DNA of 38,961 bases from a virus (IMGVR_UViG_3300050160_000034:1-38961), one strand, 5' to 3'. Shown: positions 25,972 to 35,750, numbered from the stretch's first letter. Program-made: numbers and translations. The notes: generated from the letters alone by a model not told the origin.

Positions 25972-26991
25972 TTACCTTTTACTTGTTTGTATGTTTGCGC
26001 GTCTTGCTGTGCTTGTGTTTGTTCTAGTGCTTGCTTGTAAGTTATCCGCCCTGCTTGCATCTGAAATATTGCTACGTTCTGACACTTGCAAATTAGCGGA
26101 TGATTTTCTAGCGCCATAAACAGGGGCAACATAGCCAAACACCGTCATAGTGCCGTTTATATATGCGCCACTTGTACCTGCTAATGCTTTGGCGATACTT
26201 TTGGCTAAGTTACCTTGTGAGTAGTTAGCCGCTTGCCCTGTTAGCTGTACGTTTGTTGCTAAAGTAGGCGTTACATTGCCTTGCTGATAGGCTTGACTAA
26301 TCCCTGCAAGTGCTTTTGTGATGCTTTCATCTAATAAGCCAGTAAAGAACTGCGCTTGCTGTCCGACTAATGCAACTAATACCGCACCACTTGGCGATAC
26401 TACGCCTTGCGCATAAGCACTCAATTGACCGCTTAATGTGCTTGATACTGCCGCACTTAATGAGCCGTTTTGAGCCGTTAAACTGTTGCCAGTAATACTA
26501 GCACTTAGGCTTGCGGTTAAAGTGCCAGCTTGTGCGCTCTGTGCTTGTCCTGATAGCGCCCTAGTGATTGTTTCATCTAGTGTTCCTGCGCTTGCTGTAT
26601 AGCTTTGACCAGTTAGCGCGATATTAACCGCGCCAGATGGTGTCACTGTGCCTTGTTGCGTTGCTGTGGATTGACCGTTTAAGCCAATGCTCACAACATC
26701 GTTTAAGTTGCCGTGACTAGAAACGTAAACATTTCCAGCTAAAGCCGTTGCGATGCTTGCGGCTATTAAACCTTGCTGTGCTGTGGCGCTTAACCCTGTT
26801 ATTGCGCTAGTTAAAGCTGTTGTGATGATGCCTTGTGATGCTGTAGAGCTTGCGCCACTTAATGCAACATTTATTGCGCCACCGCTTACAACTTCAAACC
26901 ATTCATCGGCTAATATTGTGCTTATTGGACTTCTATCCCATAAGTCACTGCCACCGCTCGGTGCTATTTCTATTGGCGGTTTTTTGAGCAT
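25972..26991 (-). CDS. Fibre-like structural protein with about twelve 20-aa repeats
   Basis: Recurrent (A/S)L(S/T)GQxxxAxQGx(L/V)x units; basic R/S/N-rich tail. Confidence 0.75.
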   Translation of the reverse strand: MLKKPPIEIAPSGGSDLWDRSPISTILADEWFEVVSGGAINVALSGASSTASQGIITTALTSAITGLSATAQQGLIAASIATALAGNVYVSSHGNLNDVVSIGLNGQSTATQQGTVTPSGAVNIALTGQSYTASAGTLDETITRALSGQAQSAQAGTLTASLSASITGNSLTAQNGSLSAAVSSTLSGQLSAYAQGVVSPSGAVLVALVGQQAQFFTGLLDESITKALAGISQAYQQGNVTPTLATNVQLTGQAANYSQGNLAKSIAKALAGTSGAYINGTMTVFGYVAPVYGARKSSANLQVSERSNISDASRADNLQASTRTNTSTARRANIQTSKR

Positions 26992-26992
26992 A

Positions 26993-27820
26993 TTAGCCTT
27001 GTACTAGGGTGAATTTTCCATTAATAGGGTTCGTGTTGCCGATGCTAGGTGTGCCAATAACAAATAAACAAGCATCATTTTCAATGCTTGGGAATCCTGT
27101 CATTTCATAGCCAGCATAAATTGGCACACTGGTTTCGCCAATGCCTATGCACGTTCTTTGTCTGGTTGCTGTAACACCAAATGAGCCTGCTGTACCTGTT
27201 GTTGCAGAAAGTGTCACGGTATCAACTGACCTGATGTATTTATCTGGCACTGTGGCAATAATTGGGAACATACGCCCTGCGCCTACTGATGCACCAAGCA
27301 CAATCGCCACTGTGCTAGTAGTGCCATCATCCATAGTAACGCCACACGTAAATGTTGCGCCTGTTGCGCCTGTGCTTGTGTACCATTCAAGCCACCACGA
27401 AACATCGCTGTAGTTGCTTGCGCCAATTCGTGCTGCGCTTGGTGCTAATGTGAGTAAATTAACGCCTGCTGTTTGTGCTGTAGTCACAATGCCGCTTAAT
27501 CCGCCCATGTGCGCTAATCTGTCGTGTAGCTCAATCGTGCTTGAAAAGCTATTGCCTGCTGAATAGTTAAGCGTTAATTCTGCTTCTGAAATGTAGCTCG
27601 CTAATCCTGTTGGTGCGCTGTCAAAAGTAAATGCGCCTGTGGTTGCTTTTGTACATAGTGCAGCCGTTGTTGGCACTGCGCCTTGTGCTGGCACACCAGT
27701 TAAGCGCCATGATGAATATTGCACACTATTGGCTGCCGTTGTAATGGCTGCCTTGTTATAAATTAGTGTCTGTTTTGTTGCATATTCAGCTACTAATTGA
27801 TTGCGCGTGGTGATGGTCAT
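26993..27820 (-). CDS. Putative head-associated structural protein, paralog 2
   Basis: Likely start MTITTRNQL (ATGA overlap); IELHDRLAHMGGLSG motif. Confidence 0.75.
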   Translation of the reverse strand: MTITTRNQLVAEYATKQTLIYNKAAITTAANSVQYSSWRLTGVPAQGAVPTTAALCTKATTGAFTFDSAPTGLASYISEAELTLNYSAGNSFSSTIELHDRLAHMGGLSGIVTTAQTAGVNLLTLAPSAARIGASNYSDVSWWLEWYTSTGATGATFTCGVTMDDGTTSTVAIVLGASVGAGRMFPIIATVPDKYIRSVDTVTLSATTGTAGSFGVTATRQRTCIGIGETSVPIYAGYEMTGFPSIENDACLFVIGTPSIGNTNPINGKFTLVQG

Positions 27821-28647
27821 ACTTGACCAATCTTGCCTTGACCACGAATTGTGCCTGTAGCGGCTGCGCCTGCAATGATGTAACCCATTAGGCAAGCACT
27901 GTCACCAATATTAGGCAAGCCTAAACGCGCCCAATCAAATACTTCTGCTTTGCTTGGCACGTTGCACATCATTGTGGTGCGTTGTCTTGTGACAGTTACA
28001 CCAAAGTTTCCAGCAGTTAAAGTTGAAGCGGATAACTGCACACTATCAACGCGCTTAATCACTTTGCCCACATTTGCACCGCTTAATAAATTGGTGATGG
28101 GGATAGCGCGTGATGCGGCTGTGTTAGATGGAATTGCAATCGTACCCAATGCGGCTGTGGTGTTATCCACAAATGTCACGTTTACTGTGGCATTGACGGC
28201 TGTTGCACCTGTAGCTGTGTACCACTCTAACCACCAGCTTAAATCGCTGTAATCAGCCGCGCCAAGTCGGTCTGCTGGTATGCTTAATGCCGAAGCGTCA
28301 AGGCTAACAGTTTGTGCTGTTGTTACTGTTCCGCTTAACCCACCTTGATGACTTAATCTATCGTGAATCTCAAGCGTTGTGCCACCAACTGATGTGAGTA
28401 TTGAGTGCCACATCAAATAGGATTTTGCTGGCGCTGTTGGGTTTGTAAACTTAATCGCGCCTTGTGTCGCTTGTGTGCAAAGTGCGGCTGTCGTTGGAAT
28501 AGCGCCTGCACTTGGTCTGCCTGTAGATAGCCACAGCGAGGTGTAGCTACCAATTACCTGACTTGCAATGCTGTTTTTATCCCATAATATACGCTCGCTT
28601 GAATTGCCTAGCGCATTGATAATGTCATCCCTTGTTGCGACTGTCAT
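27817..28647 (-). CDS. Putative head-associated structural protein, paralog 1
   Basis: LEIHDRLSHQGGLSG motif; colinear with paralog 2. Confidence 0.75.
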   Translation of the reverse strand: MTVATRDDIINALGNSSERILWDKNSIASQVIGSYTSLWLSTGRPSAGAIPTTAALCTQATQGAIKFTNPTAPAKSYLMWHSILTSVGGTTLEIHDRLSHQGGLSGTVTTAQTVSLDASALSIPADRLGAADYSDLSWWLEWYTATGATAVNATVNVTFVDNTTAALGTIAIPSNTAASRAIPITNLLSGANVGKVIKRVDSVQLSASTLTAGNFGVTVTRQRTTMMCNVPSKAEVFDWARLGLPNIGDSACLMGYIIAGAAATGTIRGQGKIGQV

Positions 28648-29009
28648 GCTATAACCTCGTAATTGCCAGCACTAAAGCCGATGCGTTCGTTTTCAACTTG
28701 TAATATTGCTGTGCCATCTGCGCGGATTTCTACGATTTCAAACCTGTCACCGATTGCATCAAATGGCGGTAATGGTTTGGCATATCCTAGATTAAGAATT
28801 TTTGCCGCCCTGCCTTCGCCTAACAACCCACTTGCTTCAAGAGCCTGCAAGCCTGCAATCGTTGTTGCATCTTCGGTGTCCTCATCAATCGCTTGCCCTA
28901 ACTTAAACAGATACACACGAATTGCAGGGGATAAGTCACCAGCTTGCAGAATCGTTGCCGTTTCTGTCGTTGTGAAACGGTTTAAAAATAGGGTCTTAGT
29001 GAGTAACAT
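28644..29009 (-). CDS. Fibre-assembly chaperone-like protein
   Basis: FLNRFT..E...I...GL..LEA.GLL..GRA..IL motif, of the kind usually found after fibre genes. Confidence 0.55.
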   Translation of the reverse strand: MLLTKTLFLNRFTTTETATILQAGDLSPAIRVYLFKLGQAIDEDTEDATTIAGLQALEASGLLGEGRAAKILNLGYAKPLPPFDAIGDRFEIVEIRADGTAILQVENERIGFSAGNYEVIA

Positions 29010-29462
29010 TTAAGCTAGGCGTAAAAGCGCGTTTGTACTGTCGTTAGTTGGCATGGTTAGGCTAAAATTACTAGCAGTTACGTTTTGTGAGCCGAATGTA
29101 TAAACAGCTACCGCTCTATTTGCTTGTGTGCTGTTATAAAGCAATACAGCATCAAAAGCGCCACTAGATGTCAATGCTGTCCAGCTAAATGATGCTGAAG
29201 GCGTTGTAAATGCAGTCGTGCCTGTTGCTGATGGCGCTGTCCATGTGAATGTCACGCCGCCTGCTGTGTAGCCAGTACCAGTTAATTCACCTGTAGCACT
29301 ATAAGCAGTAGTTGCAGCGTTATAAGTTGCAGATGCTAGGTATAGAGCCGCTTTAAATGTGTCTGCTGCTGTAGAGCCGCGAGTGACAGTAGTGCCTAGC
29401 GCATGAATGCCATTAAGCGATTCTGTCTTAAATGATGTGACAACTGCTTGAGTATTAGCCAT
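29010..29462 (-). CDS. Putative virion structural protein
   Basis: SFK.E...FKAALY...TTAYSATGE..GTGYTAGG motif. Confidence 0.75.
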   Translation of the reverse strand: MANTQAVVTSFKTESLNGIHALGTTVTRGSTAADTFKAALYLASATYNAATTAYSATGELTGTGYTAGGVTFTWTAPSATGTTAFTTPSASFSWTALTSSGAFDAVLLYNSTQANRAVAVYTFGSQNVTASNFSLTMPTNDSTNALLRLA

Positions 29463-29471
29463 GATGAACCC

Positions 29472-29672
29472 TTATAAATTACCTTGTTTAATGTATAGCT
29501 CTGTACCTTCTGGCACTTTAAAAACGTCACGCCCTTGCTTCACAATCTCACCGCATAGATAGTAGGTTTCAACTACAGCAATCGAGCCAATATCGAACTC
29601 CCATTTGACTTCGCGTGTAAGGTCTGCAACTGGTAAATTACCCTTGCTTGTGTAGATTAAGTCTTGTGTCAT
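29472..29672 (-). CDS. Hypothetical protein
   Basis: IYTSKGNLPV motif; AGGA RBS. Confidence 0.75.
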   Translation of the reverse strand: MTQDLIYTSKGNLPVADLTREVKWEFDIGSIAVVETYYLCGEIVKQGRDVFKVPEGTELYIKQGNL

Positions 29673-29695
29673 GTTATTTCCTGATTAACGCCCAT

Positions 29696-29723
29696 AAAAA
29701 AGCCCACTCCGAAAAATGGGCTT
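29696..29723 (-). terminator. Terminator after the capsid gene
   Basis: AAGCCCA...TGGGCTT followed by a T-run on the minus strand. Confidence 0.85.
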
Positions 29724-29740
29724 GATATTAACGCTAGATA

Positions 29741-30970
29741 TTAAGCTACAGAGAACTTAATTAGTTTGATTGCTTCACTGTTTACCACAGCGCCGCCTAC
29801 GCGTTTAGTTGTGTAGAAACCAACATAAGGCTTGTTGCTGTAAGGGTCACGCAACATACGAGTGCCAACACGGTCAACAATGGTGTAACCACGTTTGAAG
29901 TTACCAAAAGCGATTGATAAGCTAGATGCAGCTTTAGCAGACATATCTTCTGCCTCAACTACGCCAAAGCCTAGCAAGCGGATTGGGAAACCTTCTTGCA
30001 AACTTGGTTGCCATAAGTATTGACCTTGTGTGTCTTTGAATTTCAACACTTCAAACATGATTGCTTTGTTCATCATCCATGAAGCGCCTGCGCGGTAACT
30101 AGCTTTCAATTTACCTACAGTGTCATACAGCACATCGGCTTTGTTTGAAGCTGCAAAGTCACCAGCAACACCTGTTGGGATATGCTCTAAAGTACCAAAT
30201 GCGCGGGCTGTATCTGCTGTTGCTGCGGTCGTGTAAGCCAAGATACCTTTTGGTTTGTTTGTGCCGTTACCAGTTACAAATGCTGCGCTTTCTGCGATTG
30301 CTAATTCTTCTGCAAGTTGTGAGCCTAATTCGCCCTCAACATTGAAGAATAAGTCGTCAAGTGCTTGTTGTGTAACTTGTGGGTTTGCATATAACTCACC
30401 CATTGGGAAAGCAACTTCTGCTAATGAGCTTGTGTTAGTTGCAGGGCGAGCCGCAGTTTCACCAACCCAACCAGAAGCGATGCCGTTTACATTGACTAAT
30501 TTTTTATAGTCAGATGTACCAACTTGAACCACGTTTGCAACTTGGCGCATTGGTGATAAGTCACGGCTTAATTGCTCAATGCTTCTGTCAATTTGCTCTG
30601 GTAATGCAAAACCACCGTCAGCAGCAACACCTAACTGCCATGCTTTAGCTTCTAAGTCTTTCAAGCCTGCTTCGTTACCTTTACGCACGAAACCGTTGAA
30701 AAATGCCTCTTTATAGGCTTTCTTTTCAGCATTTTGCTCGCCACCTTGAGATAGCAAATTAACTGCGTTTGCTTTAGCTTCAACGCGCTCGATTTCTTTT
30801 TTCAAATCAAGTGCTTTTGAAATATCAGCCTGTACAGCAGCCAATTTAGCCTCAAAATCAGATGCAGATGCGCCTTTTTCGAGTTTAGATAAACGCTCGT
30901 CATTGATTTTTTTGAAATCATCTAAGCCTTTTTCGATTGAGCCAACTAGCTCTTTAATTTCTGTAGTCAT
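29741..30970 (-). CDS. Major capsid protein, HK97 family
   Basis: Coiled-coil delta domain; DGGFALP, GWVGE..ARP, FVTGNGTNKPKG, GQYLWQP and FGNF motifs; start MTTEIK with AAGGA RBS. Confidence 0.97.
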   Translation of the reverse strand: MTTEIKELVGSIEKGLDDFKKINDERLSKLEKGASASDFEAKLAAVQADISKALDLKKEIERVEAKANAVNLLSQGGEQNAEKKAYKEAFFNGFVRKGNEAGLKDLEAKAWQLGVAADGGFALPEQIDRSIEQLSRDLSPMRQVANVVQVGTSDYKKLVNVNGIASGWVGETAARPATNTSSLAEVAFPMGELYANPQVTQQALDDLFFNVEGELGSQLAEELAIAESAAFVTGNGTNKPKGILAYTTAATADTARAFGTLEHIPTGVAGDFAASNKADVLYDTVGKLKASYRAGASWMMNKAIMFEVLKFKDTQGQYLWQPSLQEGFPIRLLGFGVVEAEDMSAKAASSLSIAFGNFKRGYTIVDRVGTRMLRDPYSNKPYVGFYTTKRVGGAVVNSEAIKLIKFSVA

Positions 30971-30988
30971 TTCGTTTCCTTTAGACAT

Positions 30989-31011
30989 AAAAAAAGCCGC
31001 AATTAAGCGGC
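30989..31011 (-). terminator. Terminator-like hairpin between protease and capsid genes
   Basis: GCCGC-TTAATT-GCGGC followed by T7 on the minus strand. Confidence 0.7.
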
Positions 31012-31027
31012 CTGTTTGGTTTGAGTG

Positions 31028-31672
31028 TTACTTGAGTTTTGATTGCAATGACTTTAACGCCATTGTTACTTCGTCTAACTCGTCAGAATCACTCCGACCA
31101 ATAGACTTAATACGAGAAATTAATCCCGTAGCTTCGCTTTTGCTTAAACCGCCTGACTCTCTCAAGAAATTTTCAGCATCCGCTAGATTTTTAATGTCAT
31201 CAATAGATTTTACTGATGAAACACGCGCTTTATCGTTCATTGGGAAAGTCACAATAGACACTTCCCACAAATCAGCCTTGCTGATTGTTCTGACGTTAGT
31301 TTTGTAATCAACTGTATCGTTTTGAGATACAAATCCGATTGATAAGCCGTTTAAGGCTTTCATTTTCATTAATTCGTAGGCCTCTGAACCGCGAACAGTT
31401 TTTAAGGCTAATTTACCTTTGACGTATAGCCCTGTTTCATCCTCTCGAACTTCGGTATAAACACCTATAGGTTCAGATTGCTTGTGTTGCCATAACAAAG
31501 CAGGCATTGTGCCGTTTGATTTCATTGACTTAATGCTATCTGCAAATGCGCCTTTAGAAATAACATCACCACCAAAGTCAACATTGCCAAATACAGAACC
31601 GTAGCCCTCAAAGCTACCGTCATCATTAACAGCTTTAATTTCAAAGCCGCAATCTAAGTATTTTTTATCCAT
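31028..31672 (-). CDS. HK97-family prohead protease
   Basis: FEGYGSVF, LLWQH, PIG, GLSIGF and EVSIVTFPMN motifs. Confidence 0.96.
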   Translation of the reverse strand: MDKKYLDCGFEIKAVNDDGSFEGYGSVFGNVDFGGDVISKGAFADSIKSMKSNGTMPALLWQHKQSEPIGVYTEVREDETGLYVKGKLALKTVRGSEAYELMKMKALNGLSIGFVSQNDTVDYKTNVRTISKADLWEVSIVTFPMNDKARVSSVKSIDDIKNLADAENFLRESGGLSKSEATGLISRIKSIGRSDSDELDEVTMALKSLQSKLK

Positions 31673-32900
31673 TTGAAACCCCTTGCTCGGTGCTGCCTGT
31701 TAAATTCATTGGTGTTAATGGTTCATCTAGTCCGTCAATCGGGTTTAAGTCGAGTTTCTCGCGTGATTCGTTGCGCGTCATACTGCCGATTGATACTAGT
31801 TTATAGAGATATTCTGCTGTGTCTTTTAACGCACCACGCAACATACCAACAGGGTCTAAGAACGTGTAATAACCTTCTTCAATTTCTTTATCCGTCAATA
31901 GCTGGCAGTCGGCACTTTGCTCAAAACGCTCATACCACGGGGTTAATGTGTGGACTAAATGTGCAATAAACATCTGTTCTGCGCTGGCATAGGTAGCCGC
32001 TTTGTCAGATTGCCCTGCCATAATCGGCATAACGCGAAAATGTCGGCACACTTCTTCAATTTGATGTTTTCTAGTTTCTAAATGCTGCGCATCAACGCCT
32101 GTCATAGCGCGAGTTTGCCATTTAGCGCCATTGTCTAAAATCATTGGCGATGAACTGTCAGAAGCCTGCTCAACTACCCATTTACTAAGGGCTTTGTACT
32201 GTTCTGAGTTTAATTTGCCGTCAATACTGTAAAAGCCAGTCGATTTAACGCCATTTTTATGCAAATCAGCCTGTGATTCCTCTGCCGCCATGCACAATCC
32301 AACTGATTCACGCGCTAAATTAAGCACGTTCATGCCGATTAAACCGTCTAAACTTGGGCCACGCAGATGCCAAATGTACTTAGATGTAAGCGTTCTTTGT
32401 GTGTTATCTCGCCCTGTTACTTGATAAAGAAAGCTGCCATCGTCTAAAATCTCAACTCTTACCTTGTTTGTAGGCAAAAATATCAATTCTGCGATTTTTT
32501 CATCACTACCAACGCGATTGATGAACGCATAAGCATTGCCAAGCAATACTGCGTTAATAATCATCGTTTCTCTAAACTCAAAGCTAGTTTGCCAACGATT
32601 AGGCTTTTTATTCAAAACTTTGTATAAAGAGTGCGATTTAGCAGGCAATCTAGTCCTGCCGTCTTTGCTTTCACTCATTAAGCGAAAAGGAACTTGTGCA
32701 ACACCTTCTGCAATCACGCGAACGCAGGCCATTACAACTGAAACCTGTAACGCGGTATCTACATTGACCACTTGACCTGACTTTACAAAGCCGCCAAATC
32801 CACCAATCGCTGAACGTAACATCTCGTAAAAACGAGCGTCATCCATTGACACAGACTTTCTGCCAAATATTTTATCAAGTAGATTCAAAGGGTTTCCCAA
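31665..32900 (-). CDS. Portal protein, HK97 family
   Basis: ACVRVIAE.VA, PNRWQT..EF, GNAYA, DAQHLETRK and TRNE.R motifs. Confidence 0.96.
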   Translation of the reverse strand: MGNPLNLLDKIFGRKSVSMDDARFYEMLRSAIGGFGGFVKSGQVVNVDTALQVSVVMACVRVIAEGVAQVPFRLMSESKDGRTRLPAKSHSLYKVLNKKPNRWQTSFEFRETMIINAVLLGNAYAFINRVGSDEKIAELIFLPTNKVRVEILDDGSFLYQVTGRDNTQRTLTSKYIWHLRGPSLDGLIGMNVLNLARESVGLCMAAEESQADLHKNGVKSTGFYSIDGKLNSEQYKALSKWVVEQASDSSSPMILDNGAKWQTRAMTGVDAQHLETRKHQIEEVCRHFRVMPIMAGQSDKAATYASAEQMFIAHLVHTLTPWYERFEQSADCQLLTDKEIEEGYYTFLDPVGMLRGALKDTAEYLYKLVSIGSMTRNESREKLDLNPIDGLDEPLTPMNLTGSTEQGVSNG

Positions 32901-34390
32901 AATGATTTTTCTTCTGTTTCCATCGGCATTACACCGACTGCCATAGCAAGGGCAACCATGCCATCAATCCTGCCTGTCGATTTATGTTTTGCTAGTTTTC
33001 TATTGCCAGCAGGGTCACTAATTGAAACCGCATTAGCTGCGCACATTTGCAAAATAGGTTGAGCGCCATGTTTAAGCTGTTTCTGTAGTAACTTTGATTC
33101 AAGCTCGCGTAACGCTGGGGACATTGATACAAAGCCTTGCCCGAAATCCTCAAAGCGTTCTAATTCTTCTTCTGTAAATCCAGCTTTCTCTAGCCACGGC
33201 TTCAAGAACTTCATGTTGTATCGGTCAAACGCTAACTTGCGAACTTCGTATTTATCAAACACATCGCGCAGAAAGTGAGCAATAAACTCATACTCGATAC
33301 TTCTGCCATTAGTTGTCTGTAAATAGCCTTGTTGCGCCCAAATATCGTACTCAACTCGGTCATTACGTGACTTTTCTACTAACCCCTCTGACGGTAGCCA
33401 GAATGTAGGATGAACGTCACCACCTTCACTAACTAGCACCAAAGCAGTTAAATCTGATGTTGCTGATAAGTCTAAGCCACCATAAACATATTGACCGTCT
33501 AATGAATCTGGTGTCGCGCTGTTGTCTTGCCAAACTGAACGGCTAATAAATGGGCTGTGAGCCTCTACGCGCTGATTAAGAATCAAATTACGGTATGAGT
33601 TCTCTTTGCTAGGCATACGCTTTGCATCACTAGCCTGCTTCATCACTTCATCTTGGTTCATTAACCCAAAGTGCGGATTAGCTTGTTTAATCGCTTCAAG
33701 GCTAAATGGGTCTAAATCAACGTCAGCAGTGTATAAAACACACTTGATTGTTTGGTCTGAACCCGCAAGAGCATCGTCAATCAAAATACTTAATAAATCA
33801 TTATCCGTTGGTGCTTGCGTACTAATAATGATTGATAAAGGGCTTTGTTGTGCGCCCGCCGCAGTTTCTAGCGCATCGTATAGCTCAAATACCTTGCCTT
33901 TAACCTGTCCTAGCTCGTCATGAATCACTAAAGCAGGGTTTAATCCGTAAGCTGTGCCAGCGTCAGCACTCAATGCGCGGTAAAGTGTGCCAAGCTCTTT
34001 GCAATATAACTGCTTGCCTGTATCTCTAATGCCAACGTATGAGCTTAAATCAGGTGACATACGCACCATCTTTGCCGCATAGTTAAACAATACTGCCGCT
34101 TGCTCACGAGATTGCGCAGCAGAGAATAATTCACTGTTAGGCAATGCTTCTGGCCCTGCTAGGTGCAATAACAGAATCATGGCGCTGGTTGTAGTTTTTG
34201 CATTCTTTCTCGCCATAGAAAGTATAAAAGCTCGCGTTGGCGAGCCGTATATCATTTCAAACCAATTTTTCTGTTCGTCAGTAAGCCTTACAGGTTTTCC
34301 AACGTGCTTGCCATCAGGAATCCTTAAAAATTCTTCTACCCATGCAACATTTCTGGCAGCTCTTGGTGATAGCTTAATCTTCTTCTGCAT
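32885..34390 (-). CDS. terL: Terminase large subunit
   Basis: ARKNAKT Walker A, IHDELG Walker B, GGLDLS.TSDL and RIDG.VAL nuclease motifs. Confidence 0.97.
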   Translation of the reverse strand: MQKKIKLSPRAARNVAWVEEFLRIPDGKHVGKPVRLTDEQKNWFEMIYGSPTRAFILSMARKNAKTTTSAMILLLHLAGPEALPNSELFSAAQSREQAAVLFNYAAKMVRMSPDLSSYVGIRDTGKQLYCKELGTLYRALSADAGTAYGLNPALVIHDELGQVKGKVFELYDALETAAGAQQSPLSIIISTQAPTDNDLLSILIDDALAGSDQTIKCVLYTADVDLDPFSLEAIKQANPHFGLMNQDEVMKQASDAKRMPSKENSYRNLILNQRVEAHSPFISRSVWQDNSATPDSLDGQYVYGGLDLSATSDLTALVLVSEGGDVHPTFWLPSEGLVEKSRNDRVEYDIWAQQGYLQTTNGRSIEYEFIAHFLRDVFDKYEVRKLAFDRYNMKFLKPWLEKAGFTEEELERFEDFGQGFVSMSPALRELESKLLQKQLKHGAQPILQMCAANAVSISDPAGNRKLAKHKSTGRIDGMVALAMAVGVMPMETEEKSFWETL

Positions 34391-34835
34391 TAGCTATTTC
34401 CCACGGCTTACGTTTAGTTTCCGTAGTGAAATTTCCAAGTTTTCTAGCTAAAGTGGTCTGGTCGATAGCTTGACGAGTAATTCTTAATCTAGTCGCGTGT
34501 GATGATAGCGCCCTAGTTTCTCTTTCGTGCATTGCAAGTAGTTTGTCGTAACGCTTTAAGCCATCATCATCATTCAACCAATCAGGGTCAAAAGCTAATA
34601 AAGCCTCTGCCATTACTCTAGCCTGTACTACGTGCCTGCAATAAACCTCTAGCAAGTCAGAATGAACGCTAGTAAATGAACCCGCAGGCTGGTCATTAAC
34701 AACCCTAGTCCAAACATCAATTTCAGCATCAGATAGATGCAATGGTGCTTGCAATCTTTGCGCTTGACCTATGTTTGTCGATTTATGCGTGGTCGTTACT
34801 TCTGCTAAAGACTGCCTACCTCTTTTTGCTGCCAT
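34374..34835 (-). CDS. terS: Terminase small subunit
   Basis: P.HL...W...LL.VYC...RLRIT.Q (P27-like) pattern; directly upstream of terL. Confidence 0.85.
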   Translation of the reverse strand: MAAKRGRQSLAEVTTTHKSTNIGQAQRLQAPLHLSDAEIDVWTRVVNDQPAGSFTSVHSDLLEVYCRHVVQARVMAEALLAFDPDWLNDDDGLKRYDKLLAMHERETRALSSHATRLRITRQAIDQTTLARKLGNFTTETKRKPWEIANAEED

Positions 34836-34921
34836 TTTCCTTTTCTCGAATTACTTTTTTTGGTTAGGTTTATGAAAATTGAGTACCCAAGTCGGTTGTT
34901 AGTGCAAAATCGCTAGACTTT

Positions 34922-34941
34922 ATTGCCGCCCCACCCCTATT
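34922..34941. other. Probable cos site region
   Basis: Isolated G-run AATAGGGGTGGGGCGGCAA (minus strand) between HNH and terS, where HK97-type cos sites lie. Confidence 0.55.
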
Positions 34942-35041
34942 TATCTTGCTATGCGCTTATAACGCATTATTAATAGCTGTCTAATACCGTCATATACGCT
35001 CATAGGATTTATCGCGTTATATCGCGCTATATGAAGCAGTT

Positions 35042-35350
35042 TTATTTATTCCAATGATGATTTTTATCCAATGGCGCGCCATCTACACTATGGCCTTGAA
35101 TATAGCCGCTTGTTTCTTGTTTCTTTTTGGTGCTGTCATGGCATCGCTTGCAAAGGCTTTGCAGATTGTCGCTACTATAGAAAAGAGTTATATCACCTTT
35201 ATGCGGCTTGATATGGTCGACTATATTAGCCTGTCTTAATATGCCAGCTTGAAGGCAATATATACAATCTGGGTTAGATGCTAGGTGCGCAGCTCTTAAT
35301 TTACGCCATCGTGTTGTATCGTATAAATTATGATATTCATGAGAGCGCAT
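35042..35350 (-). CDS. Terminase-associated HNH endonuclease (HK97 gp74-like)
   Basis: RWRKLR..HL..NP.C.YC...VDHIKPHKGD..LF...NLQSLCKRCHD motif. Confidence 0.93.
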   Translation of the reverse strand: MRSHEYHNLYDTTRWRKLRAAHLASNPDCIYCLQAGILRQANIVDHIKPHKGDITLFYSSDNLQSLCKRCHDSTKKKQETSGYIQGHSVDGAPLDKNHHWNK

Positions 35351-35356
35351 AATAAT

Positions 35357-35389
35357 AAAAAAGCGCACCATCTATTAAGATAAGCGCGC
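35357..35389 (-). terminator. tR'-like terminator at the head of the late operon
   Basis: GCGCGCTTATC-TTAATA-GATGGTGCGC followed by a T-run on the minus strand. Confidence 0.65.
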
Positions 35390-35502
35390 CGTGTAAGTCT
35401 ATTGCATAAGTTACATTTATTATATTAGTAATTAGTTATTTATATATATGTATTATTCAAGCAAATAATTAGCGATTTAATTAAATAAATATTAATAATG
35501 TA

Positions 35503-35530
35503 TTGACAATCACATTTTGCAATGTATAAT
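35503..35530 (+). promoter_or_regulatory. Consensus sigma70 promoter of the AT-rich island
   Basis: TTGACA (35503-35508)-16 bp-TATAAT (35525-35530), AT-rich upstream region, overlapping inverted repeats. Confidence 0.85.
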
Positions 35531-35604
35531 AATATTTAACGGTTAAGCATTTATAGCCGCGATTAATTAAACAGCCAGTAGGCAGCCAATAAAGGAGCAT
35601 TAAT

Positions 35605-35706
35605 ATGAATAGAATTATTGAAGAAATTATTATTAGTTTAAAAATACAGGCTTTATTATTGATTGTATTTAGCCCATATATTTTAAAAGCATTTGACGTT
35701 ATTTAA
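35605..35706 (+). CDS. 33-aa hydrophobic peptide (not in ORF track)
   Basis: MNRIIEEIIISLKIQALLLIVFSPYILKAFDVI; AAGGAG RBS. Confidence 0.65.
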   Translation: MNRIIEEIIISLKIQALLLIVFSPYILKAFDVI

Positions 35707-35750
35707 TCAATCAATCAGGCCAATAGGCCGCCATTTAAGGAGTAATAAAA

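Noticed and set aside
13180-34451. Many + strand ORFs opposite the late genes (e.g. 13180-13710, 23214-23738, 30903-31307)
   Set aside because: Antisense shadows of well-supported structural genes, with no recognisable motifs.
34945-35035. TATCGCG/TATGCGC short repeats beside the probable cos
   Set aside because: Could be terminase or IHF sites, but too short and irregular to support a call.
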